64,000 nt of DNA from Chiloscyllium plagiosum (GCF_004010195.1 NC_057725.1:32620786-32684785); one strand, 5' to 3'. Positions 1-14,258 are shown, counted from the first letter of the stretch. The notes: a model not told the origin generated them from the letters alone. Translations and numbers: made by a program.

Positions 1-255
1 TACACTTTCACAGTGCTCGTGGTCTGGTTCGATTCCAACCTCAGGCGTTTCTCTGTGTGGAGTTTGCATGTTCTCTCCAGGTCTGTGCGCATTTCATCCC
101 ACAGTTCAATGATGTGCAGATTAGGTGAATTGGCCAAGCTAATCTTCTCATTGTGTTCACTGATGTGTAGGTTAGACACATTATTGAGGGGTCAATATCG
201 GGGGGAGAAGAATGGGTCTGTGTAGGTTACTCTTCCAAGGACCTGTTTCCACACG
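1..255 (+). mobile_element. HE1-type tRNA-derived SINE, partial
   Basis: ggttcgattcc B-box, tgtgtggagtttgca core and aatgggtctg...ctgtttccac tail shared with other copies in the window. Confidence 0.7.
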
Positions 256-357
256 ACATGCATTCGATGAATGTGAACAGGACAATATCAAACGGAAAGA
301 ATAGTATGCACATAAGTATTTCATCAGTGGATATACAGTTCGACAGGGTTGTGCACA

Positions 358-1105
358 TATAGAACATAGTACATTACAGCGCAATACTGACCCTTCTGCC
401 CTCAATGTTGCGCCAACCTATGAAACCAGTCTGAAGCCCAACTAACCTACACTACTCCATTTTTCATCCATATGCCTATCCAATGACCACTTAAATGACC
501 TTAAAGTTGGCGAGTCAACTTCTGTTGCAGGCAGTGCGTTCCACACCCCGCTACTCTTTGAGAAATAAATGACCTCTGACATCTGACTTGTTTCCGCTCC
601 ATCTCAATTTAAAGCTACGTATCATCTTGTACACCTCTATCAAGTCACCCCTAAATCTTCTTTTCTCCAATGAAAACAGCCCCAAGTGCCTCAGCCTTTC
701 CTCACATGATCTTCCTACCTTACCAGGCAACATCCTGGTAAACCTCCTCTGCACCCGTTCCAGTGCCTCCACATCCTTCCTATAGTATGGCGACCAAAAC
801 TGCACACAATACTCCAGATGCGGCCGCACCAGAGTCTTATACAACTGCAACATGACCTCAGGACTCCGGAACTCAATTCCTCTACCAATAAAAGCCAGTA
901 CGCCATATGCCTTCTTCACCGCACTATTTACCTGGGTGGCAACTTTCAAAGATCTGTGTACATGGACACCAAGATCCCTCTGCTCATCCACACTACCAAG
1001 TATCCGACCATTAGCCCAGTAACCCATCTTTTTGTTACTCTTACCAAAGTGAATCACCTCACACTTAGCTAGATTGAACTCCATTTGCCACCTTTCTGCC
1101 CAGTG
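358..1105 (-). mobile_element. CR1 LINE 3' fragment
   Basis: ORF 551..1126: [48 protein letters not shown]. Confidence 0.9.
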
Positions 1106-3894
1106 GGCCAAAGGGCCTGTTTCCACACTGTAGGGAATCTAATCTTATCAAACGATGGATGTTTCAATACTTGCACCTTTAAGGGGCTGGTCAAACTGGA
1201 GAATCATTTATCGATGAACTTGACAAGTTTATCCAAAAACACAGGCGAAAGAAAGTTCTGGGTATTCAGGAAAATTTTTAAACAGAGAATCATATTCTCC
1301 TTTCATGTAAGAGCCGAGAAAATTATTTTCTTTGCCCAGTTGCTCAGAGGCACTGTCTGATATTGCAGCGAATTCTGAAGTTCCTCTTATCTCAGCTTTT
1401 CACTCAGAATGCTTTGTCAGAGCTCCAGGTGCACACTAGGAAGTGTTGACTGTTCTTCCAGTGAAACCAGCAGCGGAAGAGCTTTTGGCTGATTCATTGC
1501 AGCTCTTGAGTGAGTCTTTAAAAATGTGAATATAAACGTTACAGTCTTTCCAGCACTTCACTCATTTCTGCATCTGAGAATTGAAAATATGGCACAGGAA
1601 TCTCACGATATTGTTGACCTAATGCTGTAATTGAATGGTGATGCTCCTCAGCACTTCTTCAGCCGCACAATCTCACCTTCCTATAGTCTTTCAATGTCAG
1701 ATTTTCTCTTCAGTGGAAGGCATCATGAAAAAGATAAAAATTACTGATGTCTTGTCTAGCAGAAGTGGTACCCCTTGATGTGCACGTATCTGCCTTCGTC
1801 CTGAAGCAGCAGCCCGCTGTCCATCTGTTATTTCAGTGCAGTACATTTTGGGATATTGTTACTCATGCCAAGAGCACAGTTGTACGTCAACTTTCCTGTC
1901 ATTTTCCTCCACCACCATTTTAAGTGACTAGTCAATGGAACATTGGGAGAATTTGTTATCACTTGTATCTGTGAAGAACAATCTTTGGGAGGAAAAGGTG
2001 TGGGGGAAAATATATTCAGTCTTAATGGAATGCTTTTAGTTTCAGATTTCAGTTAATAATTTAATAGTACTTCTAATTAGATTCTGAAAATGTACTTTAT
2101 GGCAGTGTTGATGGGGCAGATGTAGTGATAGGGTTTGACAATTATGTGGGTAAAATAGACACTGATACTACTGTGACTGCAGTGATAATGTGCTGGTGTT
2201 TTAGACTGACATTGAACCCTATATTGTTCAGAGTCTCCCACACTGTAGCCTTAGCATCATTTACAATGTAACAAAAAACATAGATTAACAGTTATGAAAA
2301 CGTCTGGCCTGAGCTCGTACCAACACCCAAAGAACCTAGAAAAGGACATGATCACACAATTTTAATTCCTATTCTGCATTTTTTATTTTACTTTCATTTA
2401 TTGTCTCAGTGTTAAATGTAGCTCTGCCTGTGGATAAGAACATAAATGACTAAAATGGGGATGTGAACCTAAGTTTATATGATTATATGTTTGGCCTTGA
2501 TTTACTGGCACAATTGTTTCCTTGTCAAATGTTGGAGATTGGATGGTGCTTCATTCAATCTGATAATGCCTTGAGTACTTGAGTGGGGAGGTGTGGAAGC
2601 TAGTTCAGATCTGAATGGGACATCTGAAGCATGGTTCCCAATAGTCTCAGTAACATTGCCTAACCAGTCAATATAACTTGAACCTCGTTGCTATCATGCA
2701 ATAAATTACAACTTGTTAAGAACCACTACTGTCATCTTGTTAAGACTCACTAGTGATTGTTCCTCTACTGCCATAATTCCGAAAAAGGCCCTTAGACCCG
2801 ATCAGGTGAAGAGAAATAGTGGCAGAAACCTTCTATCCATAAACATCTCAACCTCATCTCCTTGTCGAGAATCACCAAATTTGCAGACAAGTTGTTTATT
2901 AAACAATGGGAGGCAGAATGTTTTGTGTTCAGTAGAAGTGAGGTATAGTGTTTTATTACCTGTTCCTACTCTTTGCAAAATGGGATTGGGCTTAAAACTG
3001 AATTTGCAGTAGAGGAAACCAAAACAAAGTGGACAGTAAGATTCTGGGAGCAATCTTACTGTCTGCTCCTTTCCAGTTACCTTACTGTCTGGATCCAGAG
3101 GTGTCTTCAGCATCTCAGACTCACGGGGGAGTCCCATGCTATCAAGACTGTCCTCCTGGGTTCCTAGCAGCTGGATGCCTGCTCTAGTTCCCTCTAGACG
3201 TAGGCCCCAGGTTGCACTTGCCTGTTCCTAATTCTCTGGCCACACTTCAGCCTTTACCATTTCCTCATGAATCTTGACCTGCAGCAGATGGTCCAGCCCA
3301 ACCCCCAGGATCATTTGGAGATCAGCACCTCAACCACCTTCACACACGCCACACCATTATGTAGCTGTTACTCCCATTGGTGGAACTCTCCCCCACTGGT
3401 GGATCTATGGATCCCAGGGGATCACATAGATAACTCTTCTCCATCAATATACTGGCTTCCCTTCCCCTGCCGCTTCCCAATGGCACTAGCTCTGCTCCCT
3501 CTGCATGCCATCCAGAAACTGCTCCATAGTCCCAAAGGGTCCTAAGCACATCCTAACCCCACATCATCCACTGCCACATGCTGACCTCATGGCTCCACCT
3601 CCAGTGAACTGCCCCACAGATGTTAGGGACACAGTCTGATGCCTCAACTATATAACTGACTCTGTATCAGTCTAAGAGCAAAGCACCAGAATTCAGAAAT
3701 AAAAAATAGAAAATGTTACAAACACTCAAAGTTTGGCTTCATTTCTTCTTCTTATATCTTGATTCATTTTGGGTTGAGCAGTTGTTGATGATTAATTTGC
3801 CTTTCACACTTCACCTCCTCTCAAATCACTTTATGTTTCTCGATTTAGAAAGACCACCTTTTGTCATTAACTCTCCAGTAGCCCAATACATAAC

Positions 3895-6135
3895 AAATCC
3901 CAATAGATAGTATAGTTCAGTCTGCAGTTGGAAAAGAGAAGGCAAAATGAAATGTAATGGTGTTACAGTTAAATAAAGGTAATTACAGGGCCATGAGAGA
4001 GGAACTGACAAAAATCAACTGGAAACAGAGCCCAGTGGGGAAGACAGTAGAGCAACAGTGGCAGGAGCTTCTGGGTGTAATAGAGGACACAGTACAGAGG
4101 TACATCCCAAAGAAAAGAAAGATTACCCAGGGCGGGGAGAATTAGACAACCATGGCTGATGAAGGAACTCAGGAAATGTATCGCAGAAAAAGAGAGAGCC
4201 TATAACGTGGCCAAGAGTACTGGGAAATCAGAAGATTGGGAAGAGTATAAAAACAAACAGAGGATAACAAAGAGAGAATTAAAGAAGGAGAGGACCAACT
4301 ATGAAGGTAAGCTAGTCAGTAACAATAGAAATGTTAGTACAAGTTTCTTTCAATATATAAGAAACAAAGAAAGACAAAAGTAGAGATTGGGCTGCTCCAA
4401 ATTGATGCAGGAAGGCTAGTGCTAGGAGATAAGGCAATAGCTGAAGAACTTAATACTTTGTGACAGTCTTCACAGTGGAAGACACGAGTAATATCCCAAC
4501 AATTAAGAAGAGTCAAGAGGAAAAGTTGAATATGGTGGCCGTTACAAAGGAGAAAGTACTTGAAAAGCTAAAAGGCCTAAAAATTGATAAATCTCCAGGC
4601 CCAGATGGGCTACATCCTAGAGTTCTGAAGGAGGTGGCTGAAGAAATAGTGGAGGCGTTGGTTGTAATCTTTCAAAAAATCACTGAAGTCAGGGAAAGTC
4701 TCAGATGATTGGAAAATGGCTGTTTGTAACCCCCTTGTTCAAGAAAGGATCAAGACAAAAGCTGGAAAATTATAGGCTGATTAGCCTAACCTCAGTTGTT
4801 GGTAAAATTCTAGAATCCATCATTAAGAATGAGATTTCTAAATTCTTGGAAGTGCAGGGTAGAATTAGAACAAGTCAGCATGGATTTAGTAAGGGGGGGG
4901 GGGTTGTGCCTGACAAACCTGTTAGAATTCTTTGAAGAGGTAACAAGCAGGTTAGACCATGGAAACTCAGTGGATGTTATCTACCTAGACTTCCAAAAGG
5001 CCTTTGATAAGGTGCCTCACAGGAGGCTGCTGAGTAAGGTGTTCGAGGTGAGCTACTGGCATGGATTGAGGATTGGCTGTCTGACAGAAGACAGAGAGTT
5101 AGGGTAAAAGGTTCTTTTTCAGAATGGTAGCTGGTGACAAGTGGTGTCCCACAGCTGTTCACTTTATATATTAATAATCTGGATGAAGAGACTGGGGCAT
5201 TCTGGCAAATTTTGCCAATGATACGAAGTTAGACGGACAGGCAGGTAGTACCGAGGTGGTGGGGAGGCTGCAGAAAGATTTAGACAGTTTAGGAGAATAG
5301 TCCAGGAAATGGATGATGAAATTCCAAATGAGCAAATGCAGGGTCTTGCACTTTGGAAAACAAATATAGGCATGGACTATTTTATAAACAGTGAGAACAT
5401 TCATAAAGCCAAAGTACAAAGGGATCTAGGAGTGCTAGTACAGGATTCCCTAAAGGTTCACTTGCAGGTTGAGTCCGTGGTTAAGAAAGCAAATGTAATG
5501 TTGTCATTTCAAGAGGGTTGAAATGTAAAAGCAGTGATGTGCTACTGAGACTTTATAAAGCTCTAGTTAGGCCCCATTTAGAATACTGTGCCCAAATCTG
5601 GGCCCCATACCTCAGGAAGGACATATTGGCACTGGAGCGTGTCCAGCGGAGATTCACATTGATGATCCCTGGAATGGTAGGCCTAACATACGATGAACGG
5701 CTGAGGATCCTGGGATTGTATTCATTCGAGTGTAGAAGGTTGTGGGGAGATCTAATAGAAACTTACAAGATAATGCATGGCTTAGAAAGGGTGGATGCTG
5801 CAAAATTGTTTCTGTCAGGCGGGGATACTAGGACCCGTGGCACGGCCTTAGAATTAGAGGGGGTCAGTTTAGAACAGAAATGAGGAGTCATTTCTTCAAC
5901 CAGAGAATGGTGGGCGTGTGGAATTTATTGCCACAGAGTACAGTGGAGGCCGGGACGTTTAATGTCTTCAAGGCAGAGATTGATAAATTCTTGATCTCGC
6001 AAGCAATTAAGGGATATGGGGAGAGTGCGAGTCAGTGGCGTTGAAATACCCATCAGCCATGATTGAATGGCAGAGTGGACCGGATGGGCCGCATGGCCTT
6101 ACTTCCACTCCTATTTCTTATGGTCTTATGGTCTT
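3895..6135 (+). mobile_element. CR1 LINE, 5'-truncated, degenerate RT
   Basis: [37 protein letters not shown]; 3' microsatellite tail tcttatggtcttatggtctt. Confidence 0.92.
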
Positions 6136-7009
6136 AAATATTCCCGTGTTCTCCCTACCTCCCCTGACTCCCCCTCTTCACCATCTCTGTATTTGCCATA
6201 ACCATCAGATTTCTAACCTTCCAAGTTTAACCAAAAACCTTCGATCTGTTGCTTAGGATTTGTGAATTAGGACTTGGGTTAGTTAGATTAAGGTTCAAGC
6301 TTAGTGGTTAGGATTGCAGCTGAGTTTAGAGGTTAAGGCATTATGTGATATTATAGACTTTAGAACTTTAATAACTGCCCACGGATTGAATGAATCAACA
6401 AACATGAACTGTTACATGTGGAAAGAGTCAACAATAATTCTGTCTGAAATAAACTATTAAAGACAAGGACAAACATGTACAGGAATTGAAAGCAATTAGC
6501 CACATCTGGGAGTGGAGGCTACATAGATAAAACTGCTTTGACACCTGCTTGAAAAATTGGATACTTTATGTCCACAAGGATAACTGATTGCCCTGCAGAA
6601 GAATTTAAGGAGTTAATCACAGGGAAGCTGTATTTTCAAACAGTCATTGCCAAATGTAAGAAGAAACAAAAAACTATTTTTGATAAGGAAGTCAGTTACA
6701 GATCTGCAGTAACTTAAATGAAGTGACTCTAAATAAATCATCAATATATAATTTCAGAAAACAAAGCCCGAAAACCTGTATAAGAATCAAACAGCAGAAC
6801 TTCAAAGAACAACACTGAACAAGGATCAAACCCTGGAGAGTCCCCCCAGCAACAGTTGGTTGAAGTTCTGGCCAGATTTCATCATTAATCGGATAATAGC
6901 TGAGTTGGTTTGCAGGCTTATACTTGAGGGGTCTAATATTTGGTTGTTACATGCAATAAAGTTTGAATTATTGTTTCAGTATGTGATTGTCTGTGAAATT
7001 TTATAATAT

Positions 7010-7325
7010 TAGGCAGCACAGTGGCTCAGTGGTCGGCACTGCTGCCTCACAGCGCCAGGGATGCAGGTTCGATTCCTGCTTTGGGCGACTGTCTGTGTGG
7101 AGCTTGCACGTTCTCCCTCTGTTTGTATGGGTTTCCTCCGAGTGCTCCGGTTTCCTCCCACAATCCAAAAATGTCCAGGTTAGGTGAATTGGCCATGCTA
7201 AATTGCCCATTGTGTTAGGTATATTAGTCAAGGGGGAATGGGTCTGGGTGGGATACTCTTCGGAGAGTCAGTGTGGACTTGTTGGGCCAGAGGACCAGTT
7301 TCCATACTGTAGGAAATCTAACTTA
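7010..7325 (+). mobile_element. HE1-type SINE
   Basis: A-box gtggctcagtgg, B-box ggttcgattcc, conserved core and aatcta tail. Confidence 0.85.
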
Positions 7326-7399
7326 AGTAGCTAAATTAAGAGTAGCTTTTGGTGATTTTACCCATAACAGCTAGATTTTTGAGGCTCAGGATTAGTGGG

Positions 7400-8095
7400 T
7401 CACCTTTTAAACAAATTAAGGGTCTCTATCTCCAACAGCAAACTGGGCAATGAATTCTAGATACTACCGCCCTCTGGCTGAAAATATTTTTCCTCATATC
7501 CCTTCTAATCCTTAAATTTATGCAGTTGTAAATTGACCTCTCCACTTGAGGAACTAAGTATTTTCTCTTTTTCGATGCCCTTCATCATTTTGTACCCTCA
7601 ATTAAATCACTCTTCAGCCTCCTCTGTTCTAAGGAAAACGCCTTCGACCTTTTCCATTCATTCTTCATAACTGCACTTTTCAAGTCCTGGTAACTCAACT
7701 AAACCATTGATGTCATCCTGAAGGGGACAACCATCTTCTTCACTATCAATCACATGACCAATTTTGTGTCATCTCCAAATTTCCCAATCCCACATCCCAC
7801 GTTGAAGTTCCTAACATTCATATAGGTAACAAACACCAATGGATCCAACCCTGAAACCCACAGGACACCACTGGAAATTGCCTTCAATTCACACCATCCA
7901 TTGACCATTACTCTTTGTTTGCATCCAACTCACTACGTTCCCATGGGCTTTTACTTTTTGAACCAATCTGCCACATGGGACTTTGTCAAATGCCTTACTC
8001 TAGTCATTTCGACAACATACCCTGCACTACCCTTATCAATCCCTGTTGTTACTTCCTCAAAGAATCAAGTTAAGTTGGTAAGACATGACCATCTC
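7400..8095 (-). mobile_element. Old degenerate CR1 fragment
   Basis: Reverse-strand remnants such as gggactttgtcaaatgcctt (KAFDKV) and gtgtcatctccaaattt (KFxDDT). Confidence 0.55.
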
Positions 8096-8101
8096 TTAAC
8101 A

Positions 8102-9592
8102 GGGCGAAAGTAAGGACTGCAGGTGCTGGAGATCAGAGTCAAAACGTGTGGTGCTGGAAAAGCACAGCTAGTCAGGCAGCAGCCGAGGAGCAGGAGAGTC
8201 GTTTCGAGCATAAGCTCTTCATCAGGAATGTGGGGGTGGATGGTCAGCAAAGGGGACTGAGAGATAAATTGGAAGGGGTGGAGCTGAGGGGAAGGTACCT
8301 GGGATTGCGATAGGTAGATGAGGTGGGAAGGAAGATGGGCGATGCCAAGTTGGAGGGTCAGATCTGGGTTAAAGTAGAGGGGAGGGGCGATGAGGAAACT
8401 GGTGAAATCGACATTGATCCCGTGAGGTTGGAGGGTCCCAAGGTGGAAGATAAGGCTTTCTTCCTCTAAGCGTTAGGTGGCTGGAATTTGGCAGTGGAGG
8501 AGGCACAGAACTTGCATGTCCTTGGCAATGTGGGAGGGGGAGTTGAAGTGTTCGGCCACAGGGCAGTGGGGTTGTTTAGTACGTGTGTCCCAGAGATATT
8601 CTCTGAAATGTTCCACAAGTTGGCAACTCCAGCTCATCGCCTCCACTTACCCCACCTCCATCCTTGAACCCACCCTTCCAATCGTAACAAGGACAGAACA
8701 CCCCTGGTCCTCACCTTCCACCCTACCAACCTCCTATGCCATTTCCGCCACCCACAAACAGACGCCACCATCAGAGATATAGTTCCCTCCCCACCCCTAT
8801 CTGCATTCCAGAGAGACTATTCCCTCCGCAACTCTCGTTAGGTCCATGCCCTCCAGCAACATGCCCCCCCCCAATCCTGGCATCTTCCCTTGCCACCACA
8901 AGAGGTGTAAAACTTGTGCCTCTCACGTCCATCCAAGGTCCCAAAGGATCCTTCCATATCTGGCAGAGATTTTCCTGCACCTCCACACACCACATCTATT
9001 GAGTCTGTTGCTCCCGATGTGGTCTCCTCTATACTGGGAAGACAGGACGCCAACTTGTGGAGCATTTCAGGGAACATCTCTGGGACACACGCACCAAACA
9101 ATTCCACTGCCATGACTGTAACTTCAATTTCCCCTCCCACTCCACTAAGGACATGCAAGTCTTGGGCCTCCTCCACTGCCAAATTCTAGCCACCTAACAC
9201 CTGGAGGAAGAATGCCTCATCTTCCACCTTGGGACCACCCAACCACAAGGGATCAATGTCAATTTCACCTGTTTCCTCATTTCCCCACCCCCCCACCTTA
9301 TCCAAGATCTAACCCTCCAACTTGGCACCACCCTGTTGAACTGTCCACTTGTCCATCTTCCTGCCCACCTACTCGCTCCACCCTCCACTCCAACCTATCA
9401 CCATTACTACCACCTTCATCTATCTATCGCATTACTGGCTACCTTCCCCCAGCCCCACCCCCCTCCTATTTATCTCTCAACCCCCTTGGGCCTCCCCATA
9501 TTCCTGATGAAGAGCTTATGCTCGAAACATAGACTCTCCTGCTCCTCAGATGCTCCCTGATCGACTGTGCTTTTCCAGCACCATACCTTTTG
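8102..9592. mobile_element. Penelope-like element with an inverted 3' segment (GIY-YIG region)
   Basis: Plus part 8625-9592 encodes FSCTSTHHIY..C..CGLLY.G.T remnants; 8102-8625 is the reverse complement of the same 3' region; ends in the cctgatgaagagcttatgctcgaaac motif. Confidence 0.75.
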
Positions 9593-9949
9593 ACAAGATC
9601 ATCTCTTCACACTTTAAAAATTTTTACAGGGTGTGATAAAGTTTCAATAAGATCATCACTCACTCTTCAAAACTCTCAAAAATACAGCCCCAATTTTCTC
9701 ATTCTCACCTCATTAAAGATTCCTGCCATCCAGTGATTAGTCTGATGAACGTTCATTGCACTCCCTCTATAATAAATATTTACTTCCTTAGATAAGCAGA
9801 CCAAACTCTTCACATACTACTGATGTGGTTTCTCTAAGTTAAAGCAATATATTGTTTCTTCTGTACGCAAATCCCATGCTCCCTTGTAATGAAGGCCAAC
9901 ATATCATTTGTCTTCCTTATGATGCAGCTTCATGCTAGCGTTTAGTCCC

Positions 9950-10125
9950 TCAGTTAGCTGGCTGGCTGGTTTGCAATGCAGTCTGATATTCCTGTAGTAG
10001 CTGAAGTCACCTTGAAGGCCTGTGTTCTCAACATTGTCTGAGACATGGTGACTCTCAGTTTTAACTTACCACTGGTGCCCCTCTCAAATGAGAGAGCAGC
10101 CTAGGGTCCTCTGGGACTGTAACAA
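9950..10125 (+). mobile_element. tRNA-like SINE of a second family (same family as 27880-28100)
   Basis: Shared ctcagtt..ctgg..tttgca, ttctcaac, ctcag.tt..aa..accac blocks. Confidence 0.5.
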
Positions 10126-10749
10126 CCTTCACATTACTTGTATTCCTAGGTCCCTTTGAACATGAACATTTGACAACCTCTCACCATTTAAAACATTTTC
10201 TGTTTTATTTCAACCAAACTGGATAACTTCACATTCAGTCACATTGTATTCCATAAACCATGTTCTTGCCCATTCACATAACCTATCCAAATCTGCTCGA
10301 AGCGTATTTACATCTTTCTCACAACTTACATTCACACCTACTGTTGTGGGTTTGGTTATGGATTCAGGATTAGGGCTATTGTTGGGTAATGTAAAGGCTA
10401 AGGTTTTTACATTCTCTCTTGGAATATGAGCACTGCTGGCAAGACCAGTGTTTGATGCTTAACCTTAACTGCATTCCAAGATGTGCCGGTTAGATGAATT
10501 GGCCATACTAAATTGTTGATAACGTCTATGGATGTGCAAGCTAGGTAGCTTAGCCATGGGAAATCCAAGGTTACAGGAATAGGGAAGGGGCTGGGTCTGG
10601 GCGGGATGCTCTTTAGAGGGATGGTGCGCATTTGATGGGCTGAATGGCCTCTTTTCGCACGACACGGATTCTATAAGGTGGAGAAGGTGCTGTTGGGCCA
10701 CCTTTTTGAGTCGCTACATAATTTGGGTAAGAGGATGCCCCAATTATGT

Positions 10750-11288
10750 TATAGAGTCATAGAGATGTACAGTACAGAACAGACCCTTAGGTTCAACTTG
10801 TCCATGCTGACCAGATATCCTAACCTAATCTATTTGCCATCACTTGGCCCATGTCTCTCTAAATCCTTCCTATTCATATACCTATCCAGATGCCTTTTAA
10901 ATATTGTTATCGTATCAGCCTCCACCATTTTCTCTGGCAGCTCATTCCATACACGCACCACCCTGAGTGAAAACTTTGTCCCTTAGGTCTCTTTCATATC
11001 TTTGCCCTCTCACCCTAACCCTATGCCCTCAAGTTCTGGACTCCTATTCCCCAGGGAAAAGATCTTGTCAATTTATCTTATCCATGCCCCTCATGATTTT
11101 ACAAACCTCTGTAAGGTCACCCCTCATCCTCCATTGGTCCATGGAAAACAGCCCCAACCTATTCAGCCTCTTCTTATAGCTCAAAACCCCCAAACCTGGC
11201 AACATCCTTGTAAATCATTTCTGAACCCTTTCAAGTTTCACAACATCCTTCTGATAGGGAGGAGACTAGAACTGCACGCAATATTTTA
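10750..11288 (-). mobile_element. CR1 3' end
   Basis: atagagtcatagagatgtacag tail; reverse complement of the 13560-14258 copy. Confidence 0.85.
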
Positions 11289-11339
11289 AGAAGCGAGTTC
11301 CAGGATCTTGATGAGGCAACAGTACATGAGCAACAATTT

Positions 11340-12385
11340 TTAAATTATTATTTCAAAATATACTTTATTCATAGAAATAGATCTTTGGTACTTGTACAAT
11401 TTGTCATGTCATTTGTAGATATGAATCATAGATATGCATGTCTTAACATTACAAAGAACAGATTGAATTAATCGAATTTACAGTTATCCTATTTACAGTT
11501 CCCTTTATTAACCATCCAGTCTCTTTTTATTTAGCTGTGGCTTCAGCGGAACCCACCTACTGAGTGGGTGCCCTGTTATATGATAGAAAATGAATCTACT
11601 TTCACCCCCAGTTTATGGGGTTACCGTTGTCCATTTGACTGTCCTGTCTCTGGGGAAGCTGTCTGCATCCCCATAGTGAGCACGAACTGCTGGACCCTCG
11701 CTGGGCTGAGGTAGCTATCCAGCTCCTCACTGGGGTCATTTACCCGCACTGGTGTCATTGAGCCAAGGTAAGGATCCGCACCGTCCAGTTCTGTGTCTGA
11801 CAATGGGACTGTCAGAGGATCACAGCTCTCAGTTGTCTGTAGTTGTGGGGCAGTGGGTACCCCCTGGTTCTCACTGGGTGGAGGGTGGACTTCGGGGGAT
11901 CCGTTGTTTCCTGGTTGGGAGGAAATGCCCTCCTCTTTATCTACGACGCTCTGTCTCTTCTTCTGGTGGTGATGACCTTCTTTGCGCCAGTCTTCCCCAT
12001 CTGAAGAGCTGGCCGTCCCTCCCTCATGCAGCTGTCTTTTCCCCCTTTGCTGGGAGGCTTTGGGGGCCTGGCAGGATTTTCTCTTCCTGTTTTTAACAGG
12101 TATCCACTCCTCTGCCTGCTCGATTATCTCCTCCTCCATTGCTTCCATCTGCCCAGCTAGAGCTAGGATCAGCTGCTGTGTCTCTCCGCTGGCTGCCGCC
12201 TCCTCCACTCCAGCCTGTTCTTCTTTCTGGGTGCCACCAGACTCCGTTTCCCTGCTGTCTGGGTGCACATTACTGGTCTTTGGGGGTCCATGGCTCACAT
12301 TGCCACCTCCAGCCATCTGTGCGTAATACTGTTTCACATCATCACATGTGCCCTGCAAGGGAACTTTTGCTGCCCTCACCCATCT
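11340..12385 (-). mobile_element. L1/Tx1-like element remnant: ORF1-like C-terminal region (252-aa ORF) followed closely by a 3' UTR and poly(A) signal
   Basis: Low-complexity basic/acidic ORF 11621..12379, then tgtaaat-rich UTR ending atgaataaagtatattttgaaa; no ORF2. Confidence 0.5.
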
Positions 12386-13559
12386 GAGTGGTAGAGGTGC
12401 TAGGTTTAAAAAGTGCTATTGAAGGAAGTGTGAGGAGTTGCTACAGCACATCTTGCTGCCATGTTTATCAGTGGTAGAGGGTATAAATGTTTAAGGCACT
12501 AAATGGGCTGGGTTGTTGTTGGAGCTGCACTGATCCAGACAAGTGGGGAGTGTTCCATCACACTCCTGACTTGCAGATGATGGCCAGGGTTGGGCAAGTC
12601 AGGAATGAACTACTTTCCTCAAAGTTCCCATCTTTGACTTGCTCTCGGAGTATCTATATTACTGTAGGATATCCACTAACAATCACAAATGTAACAAGGA
12701 GCTGTTCAGTTTGGTAGATTCAAAACTGCTGTGGTCACTTTACTGTTCTCTCCAAAATTGCCCCAAAAGATACTGCTCAATTTGCACAGTATTCTAATGC
12801 ACTTAAATCTTGAACATATTGTTGTTGAACACAGCTTCTTCTACTGTACATAATTCACTATGGGAGATGTTAAATGAATATGGAAAAAAGAAATGTTGTA
12901 GAAGAGTGTGAAATGGTTAATACTGGGGTGTGCCATAATCACCAACACCATCATGCTGTCCTCTGGCCTGGGTGAAGAAAGAACATCTTGAAAGAGTAAG
13001 GCCCCACATTCAGTTCCTCCTCAAAGCCTCTGTAACAATGTCTAACATATCAATGTAACCCATAACCAGTTGCCAACATGTTATCAAATACACATTGTTC
13101 AGTACATTAGCCTCTGCAACACTTCATCAATCAGGCAGGCTCCTATAGATCCAACACCTAAAGGGGATAGTGGTAACAACACTGACCACATGCTGAATAG
13201 CAAGCCTCAGGTAACAGCTGACCCCTGTCATATTAGATGTGGCTATTGAAGAGTTCCAACACAAACCTCAAACTGCTAAATTTTAAATGTCCTAAGGTCC
13301 AATAAAAACTTACTCGTACGTTCTGCCTCCATTTAAGAGCTTTATTTGGTAATACAAATGTGCCATCTAATGGATCTGCATGGTAACTACATGTTTAATT
13401 ATGAATATTTTCTAACAAATCTGTATAGAGATGTTATTGCACATCTCTGGGGCAGATGGCGCTTGAAGACAGGCTCTGGAGATAGGGACACCATAACAGC
13501 CCCCATTTTTGTATATGAAAAAAACCCGGAAACAAGATGAAGCTTGAACACAATTAATC

Positions 13560-14258
13560 AGGTTCATAGCTCCTTGAAAATGGAGTTGCAGTTAGATAGG
13601 ATAGTGAAGAAGGCGTTTGGTATGCTTTCCATTATTGGTCAGAGTATTGAGTACAGGAGTTGGGAGGTCATGTTACGGCTGTACAGGACATTGGTTAGGC
13701 CACTGTTGCAATATTGCGTGCAATTCTGTTCTCCTTCCTATTGGAAAGATGTTGTGAAACTTGAAAGTGTTCAGAAAAGATTTACAAGGATGTTGCCAGG
13801 GTTGGAGGAATTGAGCTATAGGGAGAGGCTGAACAGACTGAGGCCGTTTTCCCTGGAGCATCAGAGGCTGAGGGGTGACCTTATAGAGATTTACAAAATT
13901 ATGAGGGGCATGGATAGGGTAAATAGACAAAGACTTTTCTCTGGGGTCGGGGAGTCCAGAACTCGAGGGCATAGGTTTCGGGTGAGAGGGGATATAAAAG
14001 AGACCTAAGGGGCAATGTTTTTACACAGAGGGTGGTACGGATATGGAATGAGCTGCCAGAGGAAGTAGTGGAGGCTGGTACAATTGCAACATTTAAGAGG
14101 CATTTAGATGGGCATATGAATAGGAAGGGTTTGGAGGGATATGGGCTGGGTGCTGGCAGGTGGGATTAGATTGGGTTGGGATATCTAGTCAGCATGGACG
14201 AGTTGGACCGAGGGGTCTGTTTCCATGCTGTACATCTCTATGACTCTATGACTCTATC
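13560..14258 (+). mobile_element. CR1 3' fragment
   Basis: [24 protein letters not shown]; tail ctctatgactctatgactcta. Confidence 0.9.

Noticed and set aside
3150-3650. GC-richer segment, possibly a Harbinger remnant or exon (similar doubt for 12880-13340)
   Set aside because: No recognisable motif, splice pair or TIR.
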